64,000 nucleotides of DNA from Heterodontus francisci (lineage: Eukaryota). The position numbers and the translations under genes are program-made. The notes below the pieces were generated by a model, which searched no databases, was not told the DNA's origin, and saw nothing but the letters and a program-made list of their open reading frames with translations. This document shows, one piece after another, positions 37,327-49,672 of this stretch. How positions within the stretch are numbered: the first letter of the stretch is position 1; every line of letters starts with the position of its first letter. The DNA is taken from positions 34,047,966 to 34,111,965 of the forward strand of contig NC_090384.1 of NCBI RefSeq assembly GCF_036365525.1, read 5' to 3'.

Positions 37327-38537
37327 TCAGGAGAAACGCATGAGTATTAGAGCCTTCCGGGTCACCCTTGCACTGAACTCCACCTGTCTTCAGCTCCCTC
37401 TCCCTGCTGTTCAGGTGGCTGCGGCTCCTTCTTCCTCATCCGGATCACCATCCTCGTTTGAGGAAGCCTCGCGCTGACCTTGATCATCCTCCAGGGTCTC
37501 TCCCCTCTCTATCGCCGGGTTATGTAAGGCACAGCTCACGACAATAATTCTAGAGACACTTGATGGTGAGTACTGCAGGGCTCCACCTGAGCGATTGAGA
37601 CATTTAAATCTCATTTTGAGAAGACCTATAGTCTGTTCTACAGTCACTCTGGTGGCCGCATGGCTCTCATTGTAACGTTCCTCTGCATCATTCCTTGGGT
37701 TCTTCACCGGACTAATCAGCCATGTCTTCAGCGATAACCCCTGTCGCCAAGTAACCATCCTTGCAGGCATTCAGGAGGGCTGAATAGTGCCGGCACCTGG
37801 GAGTTCCGGAGAATGAATGCATCGTGACTGCTTCCAGGGTAACGTGCACACACCTGCATGATTCCCTCATGATAATCACAGACGATTTGAACATTCATTG
37901 AGTGGAACCCCTTGCGATTAATGAAGGCCCCTGTCTGACCTGTAGGTGCTCGGATGGCCATATGCATACAGTCTATTACACCCTGGACCGTTGGGAACCC
38001 AGCAATTGTGCTGAAGCCTCTGGCTCTCAGCCTGATTGGCGGTGTCCGTCTTGAAGTTGATGAAATGGTTGGCATGCCTGAAAATGGCATCAGTCACACT
38101 TTAATGCAGTGATGCACTGATGCTTGGGAGACTCCGCACATGTCTGCTGATGAAGCCTGGAACAAGCCTGATGCATAGAAATTCAGCGCTACCTTTACCT
38201 TCACTGTATCCGGCATTGGATAGCCACCCACGCAGTTTGAAGCAACCTCCCCTGCCAGCATCTCACACAGAGATGTGACAATCTTCCTTGACAGGCACAG
38301 TTTTCTTCAGCACTGGCGTTCTGACAATTGCAGGAAGCTCAAACGTGGGCGGGGATAGACCCTGCCTGCAGGGTAGGCTCGTCTCCTGACAGGTGGCTGC
38401 ACCCAGGCCACTCTGCCACCTTCTCCCCCTCCCCCATTATGAGGCTGCACTGGGCCAGCAGGTTGCGTCCTCCTGTCCCTCCTTGGGACATAGTCCTCCT
38501 CATTAGATGAGCCACCTCCAGAGTGCACAATTCCCAT
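37327..38537 (-). pseudogene. Harbinger (HARBI1-like) DDE transposase, disrupted
   Basis: GFPTVQGVIDCMHM, FINRKGFHSMNVQIVCD, ARYPGSSHDAFIL, LLGDRGY, YNESHAATRVTVEQTIGLLKMRF, CALHN; a few stops and frameshifts. Confidence 0.95.
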
Positions 38538-39095
38538 TGTTGCTGTGTTCCACAGATGCAATTACTTCAGGTCTTATCAGCCTGCTGTAAGGATAGGACA
38601 CACAGCCCCCTCCCTCTCAACCAAGAAATCAATACTGCTGGGGCCCGATCAGGAGTAAGTAACACTCAGATGAATCCTGCTGAACAAGCTGAAAGTACCA
38701 CAAACTGTAAAGTCACACAAACTTTAAAGTCACACAAAGAAATAACATTGAACAACCAGCCAACATAACAGTACCTCCAACTCCCTCACCAATTCACTGC
38801 CTGCTGCTCTTTTAAACCCGCCGGGTTCCTGAGATGCCCCTTGACTCGTTTTACAGCCGTAAAATCTGACAGCCACCGGAAAATGGCCATCAATTGGTGT
38901 TTTAAATACCTCAATTGCCATTTAATTGATTGTAAGCGGACGGTGAGCGGCGCCTCGATCTCACCCGCCATCCGACCGTTGTAAAATGGCGTTCATGTGT
39001 CATGATGTCGGGAACCCGACCGACATCATCGACTGCCATTTTACATCTCAGACAACTCTTAAGACTCCCATTTTTCAACGGTAAAATTCCGGCGC

Positions 39096-39390
39096 CTGCC
39101 TCCACCAGCTTCTGAGGCAGAGTTCCAAAGTTGCACAACCCTCTGAGAGAAAAAATTTCTCCTCATCTCTGTCCTAAAAGGGCGACCTCTAAATTTGAAA
39201 CAGTGCCCCCTAGTTCTGGACTCACCCACAAGAGGAAACATCCTTTCCACATCCACCTTGTCAAGACCGATCAGGATCTTATATACTTCAATCAAGTCTC
39301 CCCCCATTCTTCTAAACTCCAGTGAAAACAACCCCAGTCTGTCCAACCTTTCCTCATAAGACAACCTGCTCATTCCAGGTATCAATCTAG
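39096..39390 (-). mobile_element. CR1 LINE, right part of the split copy
   Basis: TRLIPGMSRLSYEERLDRLGLFSLEFRRMGGDLIEVYKIL. Confidence 0.9.
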
Positions 39391-39669
39391 TTTCTTTCCA
39401 TTTCATTCTGGATCCCTTATTCAATATTATACTTTTAACAAAATATGACAGGCACACAACCATTGTATGATGTGCAATATGCTATCCATTGCATATACAC
39501 CAGGTTAAAACTGCTGTATATATTTAGAAAAACATCTTAATGTATACTGAAGAACTGTTTAATACAAGGACATGAAAAAAGTCAAGAATGAGAAAGGCCA
39601 TTTACCCCATTGAAGGCCATCTCTCCAATATGCTAACTCTCCCAGTCAAAGCATCCAACTTTAGCTGTT

Positions 39670-40075
39670 GGCCATGGCTTAGTGGTAGCACTCTTGGCTC
39701 TGAGACAGAAGGTTGTGGACTGTAGTCCCAGTACTGAGGGAGCGCTGCACTATCAGAGGTGCTGCCTTTCAGATGAGATGTTAAACCGAGACCCTGCCTG
39801 CCCTCTCCAGTGGATGTAAAAGATCCTATGGCATTATTTGAAGAAGAGCAGGGGAGTTCTCCCTAGCGTCCTGGGCAATATTTATCCCTCAACCGACATC
39901 ACTAAAACAGATTATCTGGTTGTTGTCTCATTGCTATTTGGGGAGTGAGTTGCTGTGAGCAAATTGACTGCTGTTTTTCCTACATCACAACAGTGAATAA
40001 ACCTCAAAAGTAATTTGTTGGCTTTGAAGCATTTTGTGACGTCATGAAAAACACTATATAAATGCAAATTTCTTT
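39670..40075 (+). mobile_element. tRNA-derived Deu-domain SINE (SacSINE1-like), near full length
   Basis: A-box-like tggcttagtggtagc head; Deu core gatgagatgttaaaccgag...gtaaaagatcctatggca...gaagagcaggggagttctc; L2-like tail ctatataaatgcaa. Confidence 0.8.
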
Positions 40076-40739
40076 CAACTTCAAGATTCTAATGTGTTTG
40101 ATTGTACTATCCTGTTAAAAAGTGAAACAGATGGGTGACTCACTGAAACACATATGCTTAGAAATTAGTGTTAGTGATAGTGATAGTATGAGTATATGGT
40201 TAATACCAATGTTAAAACACCAGACAGAGGAATGCCATACAAACACATTGTGTATTGTCTGCTGTTATAGTCGACAGTAATTTCTAAGTTGTAGAGTTAT
40301 AGCACTTTTCAATAAGTGGAACATGGGTAGACATGTCTGATTTCTGGTTTGGAACAAGACTTGATAGACCTGTAGATGCATGAGCTAAAGTTGGGCCTCA
40401 CATTTGTAAGGAAACTTGCCTTTGGAGTATTTCTCTGCAATCTAACTGTTCCAGAGAAGTGGGACAGAATTCCCGCAAATCTATGCCACAAAGGATAGCA
40501 TCTGGGATTCACTATACAGTCAATTAGAGCCACTCAACAGGTTGCTGCTTCACAGCGGAGGTCAGTGAAATTGGAGGCAAAGTCAGGACTTTCACGTGAC
40601 TTCTTGTAATGAGCTGAAGTGCAGTATTAGCAATGGCCTGGAATTAAGTCTACGACTTGTGTCGTGGGCTGGGTTAATGATGGTTAGGCTACAGAGGAAC
40701 AGTGAGGAGAATATATTAAATGCTTCACAGATATTTGAA

Positions 40740-43025
40740 CACACGGTTGATTCCTGGGATGAGAGGGTTGTCCTATGAGGAGAGATTGAGAAGAACGGGA
40801 CTTTATTCTCTGGACGTTAGAACACTGAGAACTACTTCATTGAAAAATAAAATTCTTAGAGGGCTTGACAGGATAGATGATGACAGTTTGTTTCCCCTGG
40901 CTGGAGAGTCTAAACTCAGACTTATAGCCCCAGAATTTTTTTTTAAAATTTCGTTCATGGGATGTGAACATCACTGGCAAGGCCCACCACCAAGGTGGTG
41001 GTGAGCTGCCTTCTTTAACCACTGCAGTCCCTGTGGTGTAAGTACACCAACAGTGCTGTTAGGAAGGCAATTTCAGGTTTTTAACCCACAGTGAAGGAAT
41101 GCCAATATATTTCCAGGTCAGGATGGTGTGTGACTTGGAGGGGAATTTGCAGGTGATGGTGCTCTCATGCGTCTGCTGCCCTTGTCCTTCTAAGTGGTAG
41201 AGGTGGTGGGTTTGGAAGGTGCTGTCGAAGGAGGCTTGGCAAGTTGCTGCAGTGCATCTTGTAGATGGTACACACTGCTACCACTGTGCACCTGTGGTAA
41301 AGGGAGTGAATGCTTAAAGTGGTGGATGGGTTGCCGATCAGGTGGGCTGCTTTGTTCTGGATGGTGTGAAGCTTCTTGAGTGGTGTTGCAGCTGCACCCA
41401 TCCATCCAGGCAAGTGGAGAGTATTACATCACACTCCTGACTTGTGCTTTGCTGATGGTGGACAGGTTTTGGCGAGTCAGGAGGTGAGTTACTCACTGCA
41501 GAATTCCCAGCCTTTGATCTATTCTTGTAGCCACACTATTTAGATATTGGTCCAGTTAAGTTTCTGATCAATGGTAACCCCAGGGATATTGATAGTGGGA
41601 TATTCAGCAATGGTAATGCTGTTGAACATCAAGGGGAGATGGTTAGATTCTCTCTTGTTGGAGATGGTCATTGCCTTGCACTTGTGTGGCGTGAACGTTA
41701 CTTGCTACTTATCAACCCAAGCCTGAATGTTGTCCGGGTTTTGCTGCCTATGGGCACAGACTACTTCAGTATCTGCAGAATTACAAATGGAAGTGGACGT
41801 TGCTCAATCATCAGTGAACATCTCCACCTCTGACCTTATGATGGAGGGAAGGTCATTGATGAAGCATCTGAAGATGGTTGAGCCTAGAACACTACCTTGA
41901 GGAACTGCAGTGATGTCCTAGGACTGAGATGATTCGTCTCCAACAACCACAACCATCTTCCTTTGTGCTAGGTATGACTCCAACCAATGAAAAGTTTTCC
42001 GCCAGATTACCATTGACTTCAATTTTGCTTGGGCTCCTTGGTGCCACACGAGGTCAAATGCTGCCTTGATGTCAAAGGCAGTAACTCTCACCTCACCTCT
42101 TGAATTCAGCTCTTTTGTCCATGTTTGGACCAAGGCTGTAATGAGGTCTGGAGCCGGGTGGCCCTGGAAGAACCCAAACTGAGCATCGGTGAGTAGGTTA
42201 CTGCTGAGTAAGTGCTGCTTGGTATCACTTTCAACGACATCTTCCACCACTGCTGATGATCGAGAGTAGACTGATGGGGCGGTAATTGACGATTGGATTT
42301 GTCCTGGTTTTTGTAGACAGGACACACCTGGACAATTTTCCACATTGTTGTGCAGATGCCAGTGGTGTAGCTGTACTGGAACAGCTTGGCTATAGGTGCG
42401 CAGCTAGTTCTGGAGTACAAGTCTTCAGTACTACAGACGGGATGTTGTCAGGGCCCATAGCCTTTTCTGTATCCAGTGTCTTCAGCCGTTTCTTGATACT
42501 ACGTGGAGTGAATTGAGTTAATTGAAGACTGGCATCTGTGATGATCAGGACCTTAGGAGTAGGCCGAGATGGATCATCCACTCTGCACTTCTGGCTGAAG
42601 ATGGTCGCAAATGCTTCAGCCTTGAACTAGGGTTGATTCCCTTGGTTTGATGGTAATGGTACCATGAGCGATATGCGGGCCTTCAGGTTAAAGATTGTGG
42701 GTGAATACAATTCTGCTACTGCTGATAGCCTACAGCTTGGATGTCCAATTTAGGCGATGTCCAGTCCCAGATAAGGGGTTGGCCATTCAAAACTGAGTTG
42801 AGACTCAGAGGATTAAGAATCTTTGGAATTCTCCACTCTGGAGGGCTTTGGCTGCTCAGTTGAGAAGTATATTCAAAACTAAGATTTAGGTTTTAGGACA
42901 CAAAGGGAATCAAGGGATATGGTATGGTAGGAAAAATGGAGTTAAGGTAGAAGATCAGCCAAGTTTTTATGGAATGTTGGAGCAGGCTGGAGGGGCCAAA
43001 TGGCCTATTTCTTATATTCCTATGT
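40740..43025 (+). mobile_element. CR1 LINE 3' fragment (40740-40925 and 42770-43025), interrupted by a family-B LINE
   Basis: TRLIPGMRGLSYEERLRRTGLYSL; resumes at agataaggggttggccattc... and ends gcctatttcttatattcctatgt. Confidence 0.75.
40940..42740 (-). mobile_element. CR1-superclade LINE, family B
   Basis: KAMGPDNIPSVVLKTC, AQFGFFQGHPAPDLITALVQTW, AFDIKAAFDLVWHQG. Confidence 0.92.
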
Positions 43026-43249
43026 AAAACAGTTATTGTGACAAATGTGTAGAGTGCACAACTTCATTCTCCCGCTGTCTTTAACCGCACAATGACACTT
43101 GAGATTAATCCTTTAAACTGTGCCCATGGGACACAGCGGATTGGTTGAGTTCTGTTTACAGTTCCCCCAATGGCCCAGTTAATATATATGCAATAATGGG
43201 AGCCATTCATATTTGGAGATTCCAGTTCCTCATTTGTCCTAAACTAGTT

Positions 43250-43385
43250 AACCACAGCCAGGGCAATAAGTTCAAGGTGCTATCATTGACATCAATAGTC
43301 CTCGGCGCTAGAATGTGGGGAGTTCAGCCAGGATTTCTGGCCCTGAGCACTATCTAATGACACTTGCTGAAAACTCAGTGGAAAT
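43250..43385 (+). mobile_element. LF-SINE-like fragment
   Basis: ttcagccaggatttctggccctgagcactatctaatgacacttgctgaaaa. Confidence 0.5.
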
Positions 43386-43409
43386 TCTAACCCATAGATT
43401 TTTACACTA

Positions 43410-44130
43410 CGGATGGAGATTATTTGACCCGAAGTGCTTGTGCTGTATCACTTAAAGAGCCCCCCCCCTTAGTCTCATTCCCCTATCCTTACCCCATCCC
43501 CTTTTAATTTTCTTATTTTTCAAACTATTATTGATTTTGCTTTCATCACTGTTTCTGGTTAGCTGTTCCATATTCTAATAATCCTCTATATAAAGTAAAA
43601 GAATTCTCCAAAGTTCTATTGTTGATCTTAAATTTATGCCCTTCAGTTACTAGACGAAATAATTTTTCTTTTGTCAAAACCCTTCCTAATTTTGGACACC
43701 TCTGTCGGCTCTCAATTGCCTTTGAACTGATGAAAGAGCCCCAGTTTCTCTAATCTCATTACTAAAGCCTTTCATCTCTGCATCATCTGAAGAAATCTTT
43801 TCGATTCCCTGTTCCTATTCTTGCCAAAAGTTCCAAAGCTGAACACTATTCTAACTGTAACCTAACCAATTATATGTATAGGTTTAGCATTACATCCTTG
43901 CTTTTGTACTTGATTTATAAAACTTAGAATCCCAAATGTACTTTTGTTTAAATTACAGCATTATCAGCTGTTCTCCCGTACTCGAATCCTCAGATTCATT
44001 TCAACTTCACCTTTGGTTAGTTCTGCAGCATCAATGGTGTACATGAAACTCATTGTTCCTCCCAATATGTTTTATTCAACATAAATAGATTCCAGTGCTG
44101 GTGTCAACAATCTCAGTCACCTTTGAACAT
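43410..44130 (-). mobile_element. Old CR1 fragment
   Basis: acatccttgcttttgtact, tctaactgtaacctaacc and ccagtttctctaatctc align with the complement of CR1 RT C-terminus. Confidence 0.55.
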
Positions 44131-44207
44131 TATAGGAATAAGCAATTGCTAGATAAGAAAAGACTGAGATTCATCTAGTTCGCCTTCTACATTCCTGGTA
44201 GTTGCAT

Positions 44208-45405
44208 TCTTTTGGGCCTCCTTATCTCGAGAGACAATGGATACGCGCCTGGAGGTGGTCAGTGGTTTGTGAAGCAGCGCCTGGAGTGGCTAAAAAGGCC
44301 AATTCTAGAGTGACAGGCTCTTCCACAGGTGCTGCAGAGAAATTTGTTTGTCGGGGCTGTTGCACAGTTGGCTCTCCCCTTGCGCCTCTGTCTTTTTTCC
44401 TGCCAACTACTAAGTCTCTTCGACTCGCCACATTTTAGCCCTGTCTTTATGGCTGCCCGCCAGCTCTGGTGAACGCTGGCAACTGACTCCCACGACTTGT
44501 GATCAATGTCACAGGATTTCATGTCGCGTTTGCAGACGTCTTTAAAGCGGAGACATGGACGGCCGGTGGGTCTGATACCAGTGGCGAGCTCACTGTACAA
44601 TGTGTCTTTGGGGATCCTGCCATCTTCCATGCGGCTCACATGGCCAAACCATCTCAAGTGCCGCTGACTCAGTAGTGTGTACAAGCTGGGGATGTTGGCC
44701 GCCTCGAGGACTTCTGTGTTGGAGATACGGTCCTGCCACCTGATGCCAAGTATTCTCCGGATGCAGCGAAGATGGAATGAATTGAGACGTTGCTCTTGGC
44801 TGGCATACGTTGTCCAGGCCTCGCTGCCATAGAGCAAGGTACTGAGGACACAGGCCTGATACACTCGGACTTTTGTGTTCCGTGTCAGTGCGCCATTTTC
44901 CCACACTCTCTTGGCCAGTCTGGACATAGCAGTGGAAGCCTTACCCATGCGCTTGTTGATTTCTGCATCTAGAGACAGGTTACTGGTGATAGTTGAGCCT
45001 AGGTAGGTGAACTCTTGAACCACTTCCAGAGCGTGGTCGCCAATATTGATGGATGGAGCATTACTGACGTCCTGCCCCATGATGTTCGTTTTCTTGAGGC
45101 TGATGGTTAGGCCAAATTCATTGCAGGCAGCCGCAAACCTGTCGATGAGACTCTGCAGACACTCTTCAGTGTGAGATGTTAAAGCAGCATCGTCAGCAAA
45201 GAGGAGTTCCCTGATGAGGACTTTCCGTACTTTGGACTTTGCTCTTAGACGGGCAAGGTTGAACAACCTGCCCCCTGATCTTGTGTGGAGGAAAATTCCT
45301 TCTTCAGAGGACTTGAACGCATGTGAGAGCAGCAGGGAGAAGAAAATCCCAAACAGTGTGGGTGCGAGAACACAGCCCTGTTTCACGCCACTCAGGATAG
45401 GAAAG
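44208..45405 (-). mobile_element. Young 5'-truncated RTE-clade LINE with an uninterrupted RT C-terminal frame
   Basis: GVKQGCVLAPTLF, RELLFADDAAL, FTYLGS, C-terminal CSTCGRACHSRIGLFSH zinc finger; 11-bp TSD ggtagttgcat at 44197-44207 and 45406-45416. Confidence 0.96.
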
Positions 45406-45714
45406 GGTAGTTGCATAATACAATGAAAATGGAGTTGTTGATTAGTCAGAACACACAACCTCTATCAATTAACCAACAACATATCCAGACAGATCCAGTG
45501 GTGGGGAGCTTTAGGAACCATAGATCCAAAGTCACCCGTTTCTTGCAAACAGGCTACAATTACCACATATCTCAAATTATTCAGATACTGTATCCCAAGA
45601 TGTTTTCTAAAACACATTACAGCCACTCGTTGATTCAGAGCCAAACTGAGGTTGCTGCAGCCACAAGGCAGAGCAGTAATCACTGTACCATCAGTACACT
45701 CCACGGAGAGAAAC

Positions 45715-46700
45715 ACCTTTTCCTGATATATATTAATGACTTCGACCTTGGTGTACAGGGCACAATTTCAAAGTTTGCAGATGATATGAAACTTGGAAGC
45801 ATTGTGAACTGTGAGGAGGATAGTGTAGAACTTCAAAAGGACATAGACAAGTTGGTGGAATCGGCAGACAGGTGGCAGATGAAGATCAATGCAGAAAAAT
45901 GTGAAGTGATTCATTTGGTAGGAAGAACATGGAGAGACAATATAGAATAAAGGGTACAATTCTAAAGGGGGTGCAGGAGCAGAGGGACCCAGGTGTATAA
46001 GTGCATAAGTCATTGAAGGTGGCAGGACAGGTTGAGAGAGTGTTTAAAAAAGCATGCAGTATCCTGGGCTTTATTAATAGGGGCATAGAATACAAGAGAA
46101 AGGAAGTTATGCTGAACTTGTATAAGACACTAGTTCAGCCTCAGCTGGAGCATTGCGTCCAATTCTGGGCGCTGGACTTAAGGAAAGACGTGAGGGCATT
46201 GGAGAGAGTACAGAAAAGATTCACGAGAATGGTTCCAGGGATGAGGAATTTCAGTTATGAAGATAGACTGGAAAAGTTAGGACTGTTTTCCTTGGAGAAG
46301 AGAAGGCTGAGAAATGATTTGATAGAGGTATTCAAAATCATGAGGGGTCTGGACAGAGTAGATAGAGACAACCTGTTCCCACTCGTAAAAGGATCGAGAA
46401 TGAGAGGGCACAGATTTAAAGTATTTGGTAAGAGAAGCAAAAGTGACATGTGGAAAAACTTTTTCACGCAGTGAGTGGTTAAGGTCTGGAATGCACTGCC
46501 TGAGAACATGGTGGAGGCAGGTTCAAATGAAGTATTCAAAAGGGAATTAGACAGTTATATGAAAAGGAAGAATGTGCAGAGTTAAGGGGAGAAGGCAGGG
46601 GAATAGAACTGAGGGAGTTGCTCTTTGAGAGAGCCGGTGCAGACACGATGGGCTGAATAGCCTCCTTCTGCGCTGTAGCGATTCTGTGATTCTGTGATTA
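45715..46700 (+). mobile_element. CR1 LINE (family A), 5'-truncated
   Basis: LFLIYINDF, ISKFADDMKLG, LVQPQLEHCVQFW; (attctgtg)n tail. Confidence 0.93.
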
Positions 46701-46949
46701 CGATCTTGAAATTCCTATAATATACATAGAACATTCACACTTTGTTCTCATAGTTTATGAGCTCCTTTCTTTGAATACCTCTCTTGTAGCATATATATTA
46801 CAGACCACTTGTTTTCAACTGCCAGTTCCATTTGTGTGCATATTTTCTAATACTCCCAAACCACTCATATCACCCACAGCATGTTCTTCCTCATTTGTAG
46901 GCAGTAGCCTGGGGAAACTACAGGGAAGAAAAGGCAACTTGTTTGTGTA

Positions 46950-47232
46950 TAAGTCCTGTGTCTGCCTTCTCAGTTGGATGTAAAAGATCCCATGGCATTA
47001 TTTCAAAAAAGAGGAGGTGAGCTTCTGAGTCCTCACTAACATTTCATCTCTCAACAAACAGCACCAAAACAGATGATCTGGTTAGTTATTTCATTGCTAA
47101 TTGTGGAAGCTTGCTGTGTGCAGCAAATTGGCTGCTGTGCTTCCTGCATTACATCAATAACTACACTGGTTGTAAAGCACTTTGGGACATCCTAAGGTCA
47201 TGAAAGGTGCTATATAAATGCAAGCCCTTTCC
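46950..47232 (+). mobile_element. Deu-domain SINE, 5'-truncated
   Basis: ggatgtaaaagatcccatggcattatttc...gtgctatataaatgcaag. Confidence 0.78.
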
Positions 47233-49122
47233 TTTGGTGATTTACATCCTGTTGCCCAGGCTACAATTGCAGTGCAGATCAATTGTTTATCTTGCTTTCC
47301 AAAAAGAGAAACAAAGAGAAATTGTTGGGAGATGAGCCTTCACAACATGACTGGAAAGGCTATATAAAGGCTATAATAGGACCATCGTGATAAAGTAAGT
47401 ATTCTGTGAGGAGCTAGTTTCTTCTTTTAATGTTTCCTCTGTTCCTTCTTTTTGATTTCTTCATGACACATACTAGCAGGAGCATCAAGGGCAGGTGGAC
47501 AGGCTCCACCAATGCTGCTCTGACCTGGCTACCAAGAAGACCAAGACAGTAGCACAGGAATGACTCCTCTTCTGATCTTCCTCCTGGCCACAACTCAATG
47601 TCCTTGTGGCCTCCATCTCAGTGAGCTAGTCGGGGTTTGAACCTGCACCTCTGTGATGCTGTGCAGTGATGTTCCAATGCATTATGTTAACATGTCACTC
47701 ACCCCATTATGAGGACCCATCTTTGTTGAAAACTACTTTGCTGTCCTTTGAAAACTGAAGATGTAGAATTTATGAAAATGCACCCATGAGGACAATCCAT
47801 AATTATCATTTCTAAGGGACCCTCATCTTTCCAATTATGTTGAGATTCTGATGCACTGTTGAGCCAACAGAATCCTTCAGGTTGATCCTGGAGGCTATCT
47901 GAAACTGTCAATCATTAAACAGCTCAACAACAGAGTTAGAGAATTACTAGATTGCAGCTTTGGACTGGCATCCAAGAATATGGCAAAGATTTTGCCCACC
48001 CCGAAATGCTGGGTCTTCACCAATGTGCAGTACAGAGGAGAATTAATTAATTATTTCAATACATTGCTGAGTTAGAAACAGTATTGAAATTTCTATCATC
48101 AAAAAAGGTAAAACAGATGAATAAATTAAACCATGAGATTAGGGGAGTAACAGTGGGCTGGGATATGACAATCTCCGTGTTCTTAGGAGAATGGCATTTC
48201 ATCAACAAGGAAGGGGGCGGGGGGACAGGGGGAGCGGAAGATCTGAACCCAAGAGTGTGCTACTCAGACTTTGGGAATTCACTAAGGAGCTCCACATTTG
48301 TTGCACAGTTTAGTGCGGCCTTTCTTTGGGTAATATATCATTCTCCATGAAGTGTGCACTTTGAACAAATGCCAGGTGGAGAAATGATCCTGAAAACTCT
48401 CCAGAGACTCAACCTGGCCTGTCTTTGGTCTGCATTAAACTCCCATTCACATTCCATTTACTTAACAGTGTGTTTATCCTGGAATGTCGGGAAATAGAAA
48501 ATAACTCATAGTGACAGCAGGAATACACAGATTATTCAGGGACAGTGAGAAGTCTGTGATTAATAATCCTTCCTTAGGGGAATTACTGAAACAAACCATA
48601 TATCGCTGCTGGGGTGTAGTGAGCTATTTGGTTGATATGTAATACAGATACTGAGGAAATTCTGGCCTTATTCAAACATGGCAGCTTGCTCATTTCATTT
48701 TTGTATTTAATATGGTGGAATAACATTATAGGTCTGGTGAAAAAACTTAAGTACCTATACTATGCCCATATTGTAACACCAATACCATACACTTATATCC
48801 TGTACCCATATTCTAAAACCCCAAATTGTATTGAATACCTATATACATGCATGCTGTACAAAATAGAATGAAGGGGCTGAGATGACTGATGGTGATTCCG
48901 CTAATAGTGGAGTGCTGGGAAGGACGAGGCCAGAATCAAAAGAGGATGTAAGTTGATGTAAGTTTTAGAAGTGGGATACGATGAAACTATGGCGAGCTTA
49001 ATAATGGAGAGCTTAATAAATAAAGAAGAAGATTTTGAAATCAGTAGGGAGGGAGCCAGTTGTTGAGATAAACAAATGCTAGGAAAAAAATCAGAAATTA
49101 AATGCACAAAAAAAAGAGTTTG

Positions 49123-49210
49123 AAATAAAAACAGAAAGTGCTGGAAATACTCAGCATCTGTGGAGAGTGAAGCAGAGTTAACGTTTCAGATCTGTGACCT
49201 TTCATCAGAA
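49123..49210 (-). mobile_element. Penelope-like fold-back element arm with hammerhead core
   Basis: Minus strand reads CTGATGA-A-AGGTC-ACA-GATCT-GAAAC-GTT-AACTCT. Confidence 0.75.
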
Positions 49211-49559
49211 AGAAGTTTGATATATGTTAGAAAATCATTTGCTTCTCATCATTGCAGCTTGTTTCTTCACAGTGTTGCTTGGTGAATAGGAACATAGGAA
49301 TAGGGGTAGGCCATTTAGCCCATCAAGCCTGCCCCACCATTCAATATGATCATGGCTGATCTTCCACTTCAATGCCTTTTTCCCCACACTATCCTCATAT
49401 CCCCTTATGTTTCATTTACCTGAATTTGTTCCATATCCATTAATAATCTATCTATTTCAGGTTTGAAATTTTCAATGGACCTGGCATGTATTTAACGCTC
49501 CCTGTATTTAATTTCCATTTTTTCCTAATAGTTTGACTTAATAATCATCTCCCTTTTTT

Positions 49560-49672
49560 ATTTATTCATGGAATGTGTGCATCAGTGGAAAAGGCCAATA
49601 TTAATTGCCCATTCCTAACTGACCTTGAGAAGGTGGTGATAAACCACCTTCTTGAATAGTTGAAGCTCGTGT
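49560..49672 (-). mobile_element. Family-B LINE 3' tail; host of the Copia insertion, continues at 56021
   Basis: gaccttgagaaggtggtg...cttcttgaa...cgtgt | ggtacactcacagt...gagttccagg rejoin as in the intact copy at 30200-30300. Confidence 0.8.

Larger units (their letters stand above)
34881..39093. mobile_element. PIF/Harbinger DNA transposon 2, full length with both TIRs, inactive
   Basis: TIRs gccagaattttaccgttga (34882-34900) / tcaacggtaaaattccggc (39075-39093), 1 mismatch in 19; convergent Myb and transposase genes. Confidence 0.93.

Noticed and set aside
35300-38537. Domesticated HARBI1, NAIF1 or MSANTD host genes
   Set aside because: Flanked by TIRs, inserted in a CR1, and disrupted by stops and frameshifts, so this is a transposon copy.
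39670-39740. tRNA gene
   Set aside because: It is only the degenerate tRNA-derived head of a SINE, with no complete cloverleaf or B box.
44259-45458. 399-aa ORF as a functional protein-coding gene
   Set aside because: It is a 5'-truncated RTE. The ORF start lies in flanking DNA beyond the TSD, and the endonuclease and RT N-terminus are missing.
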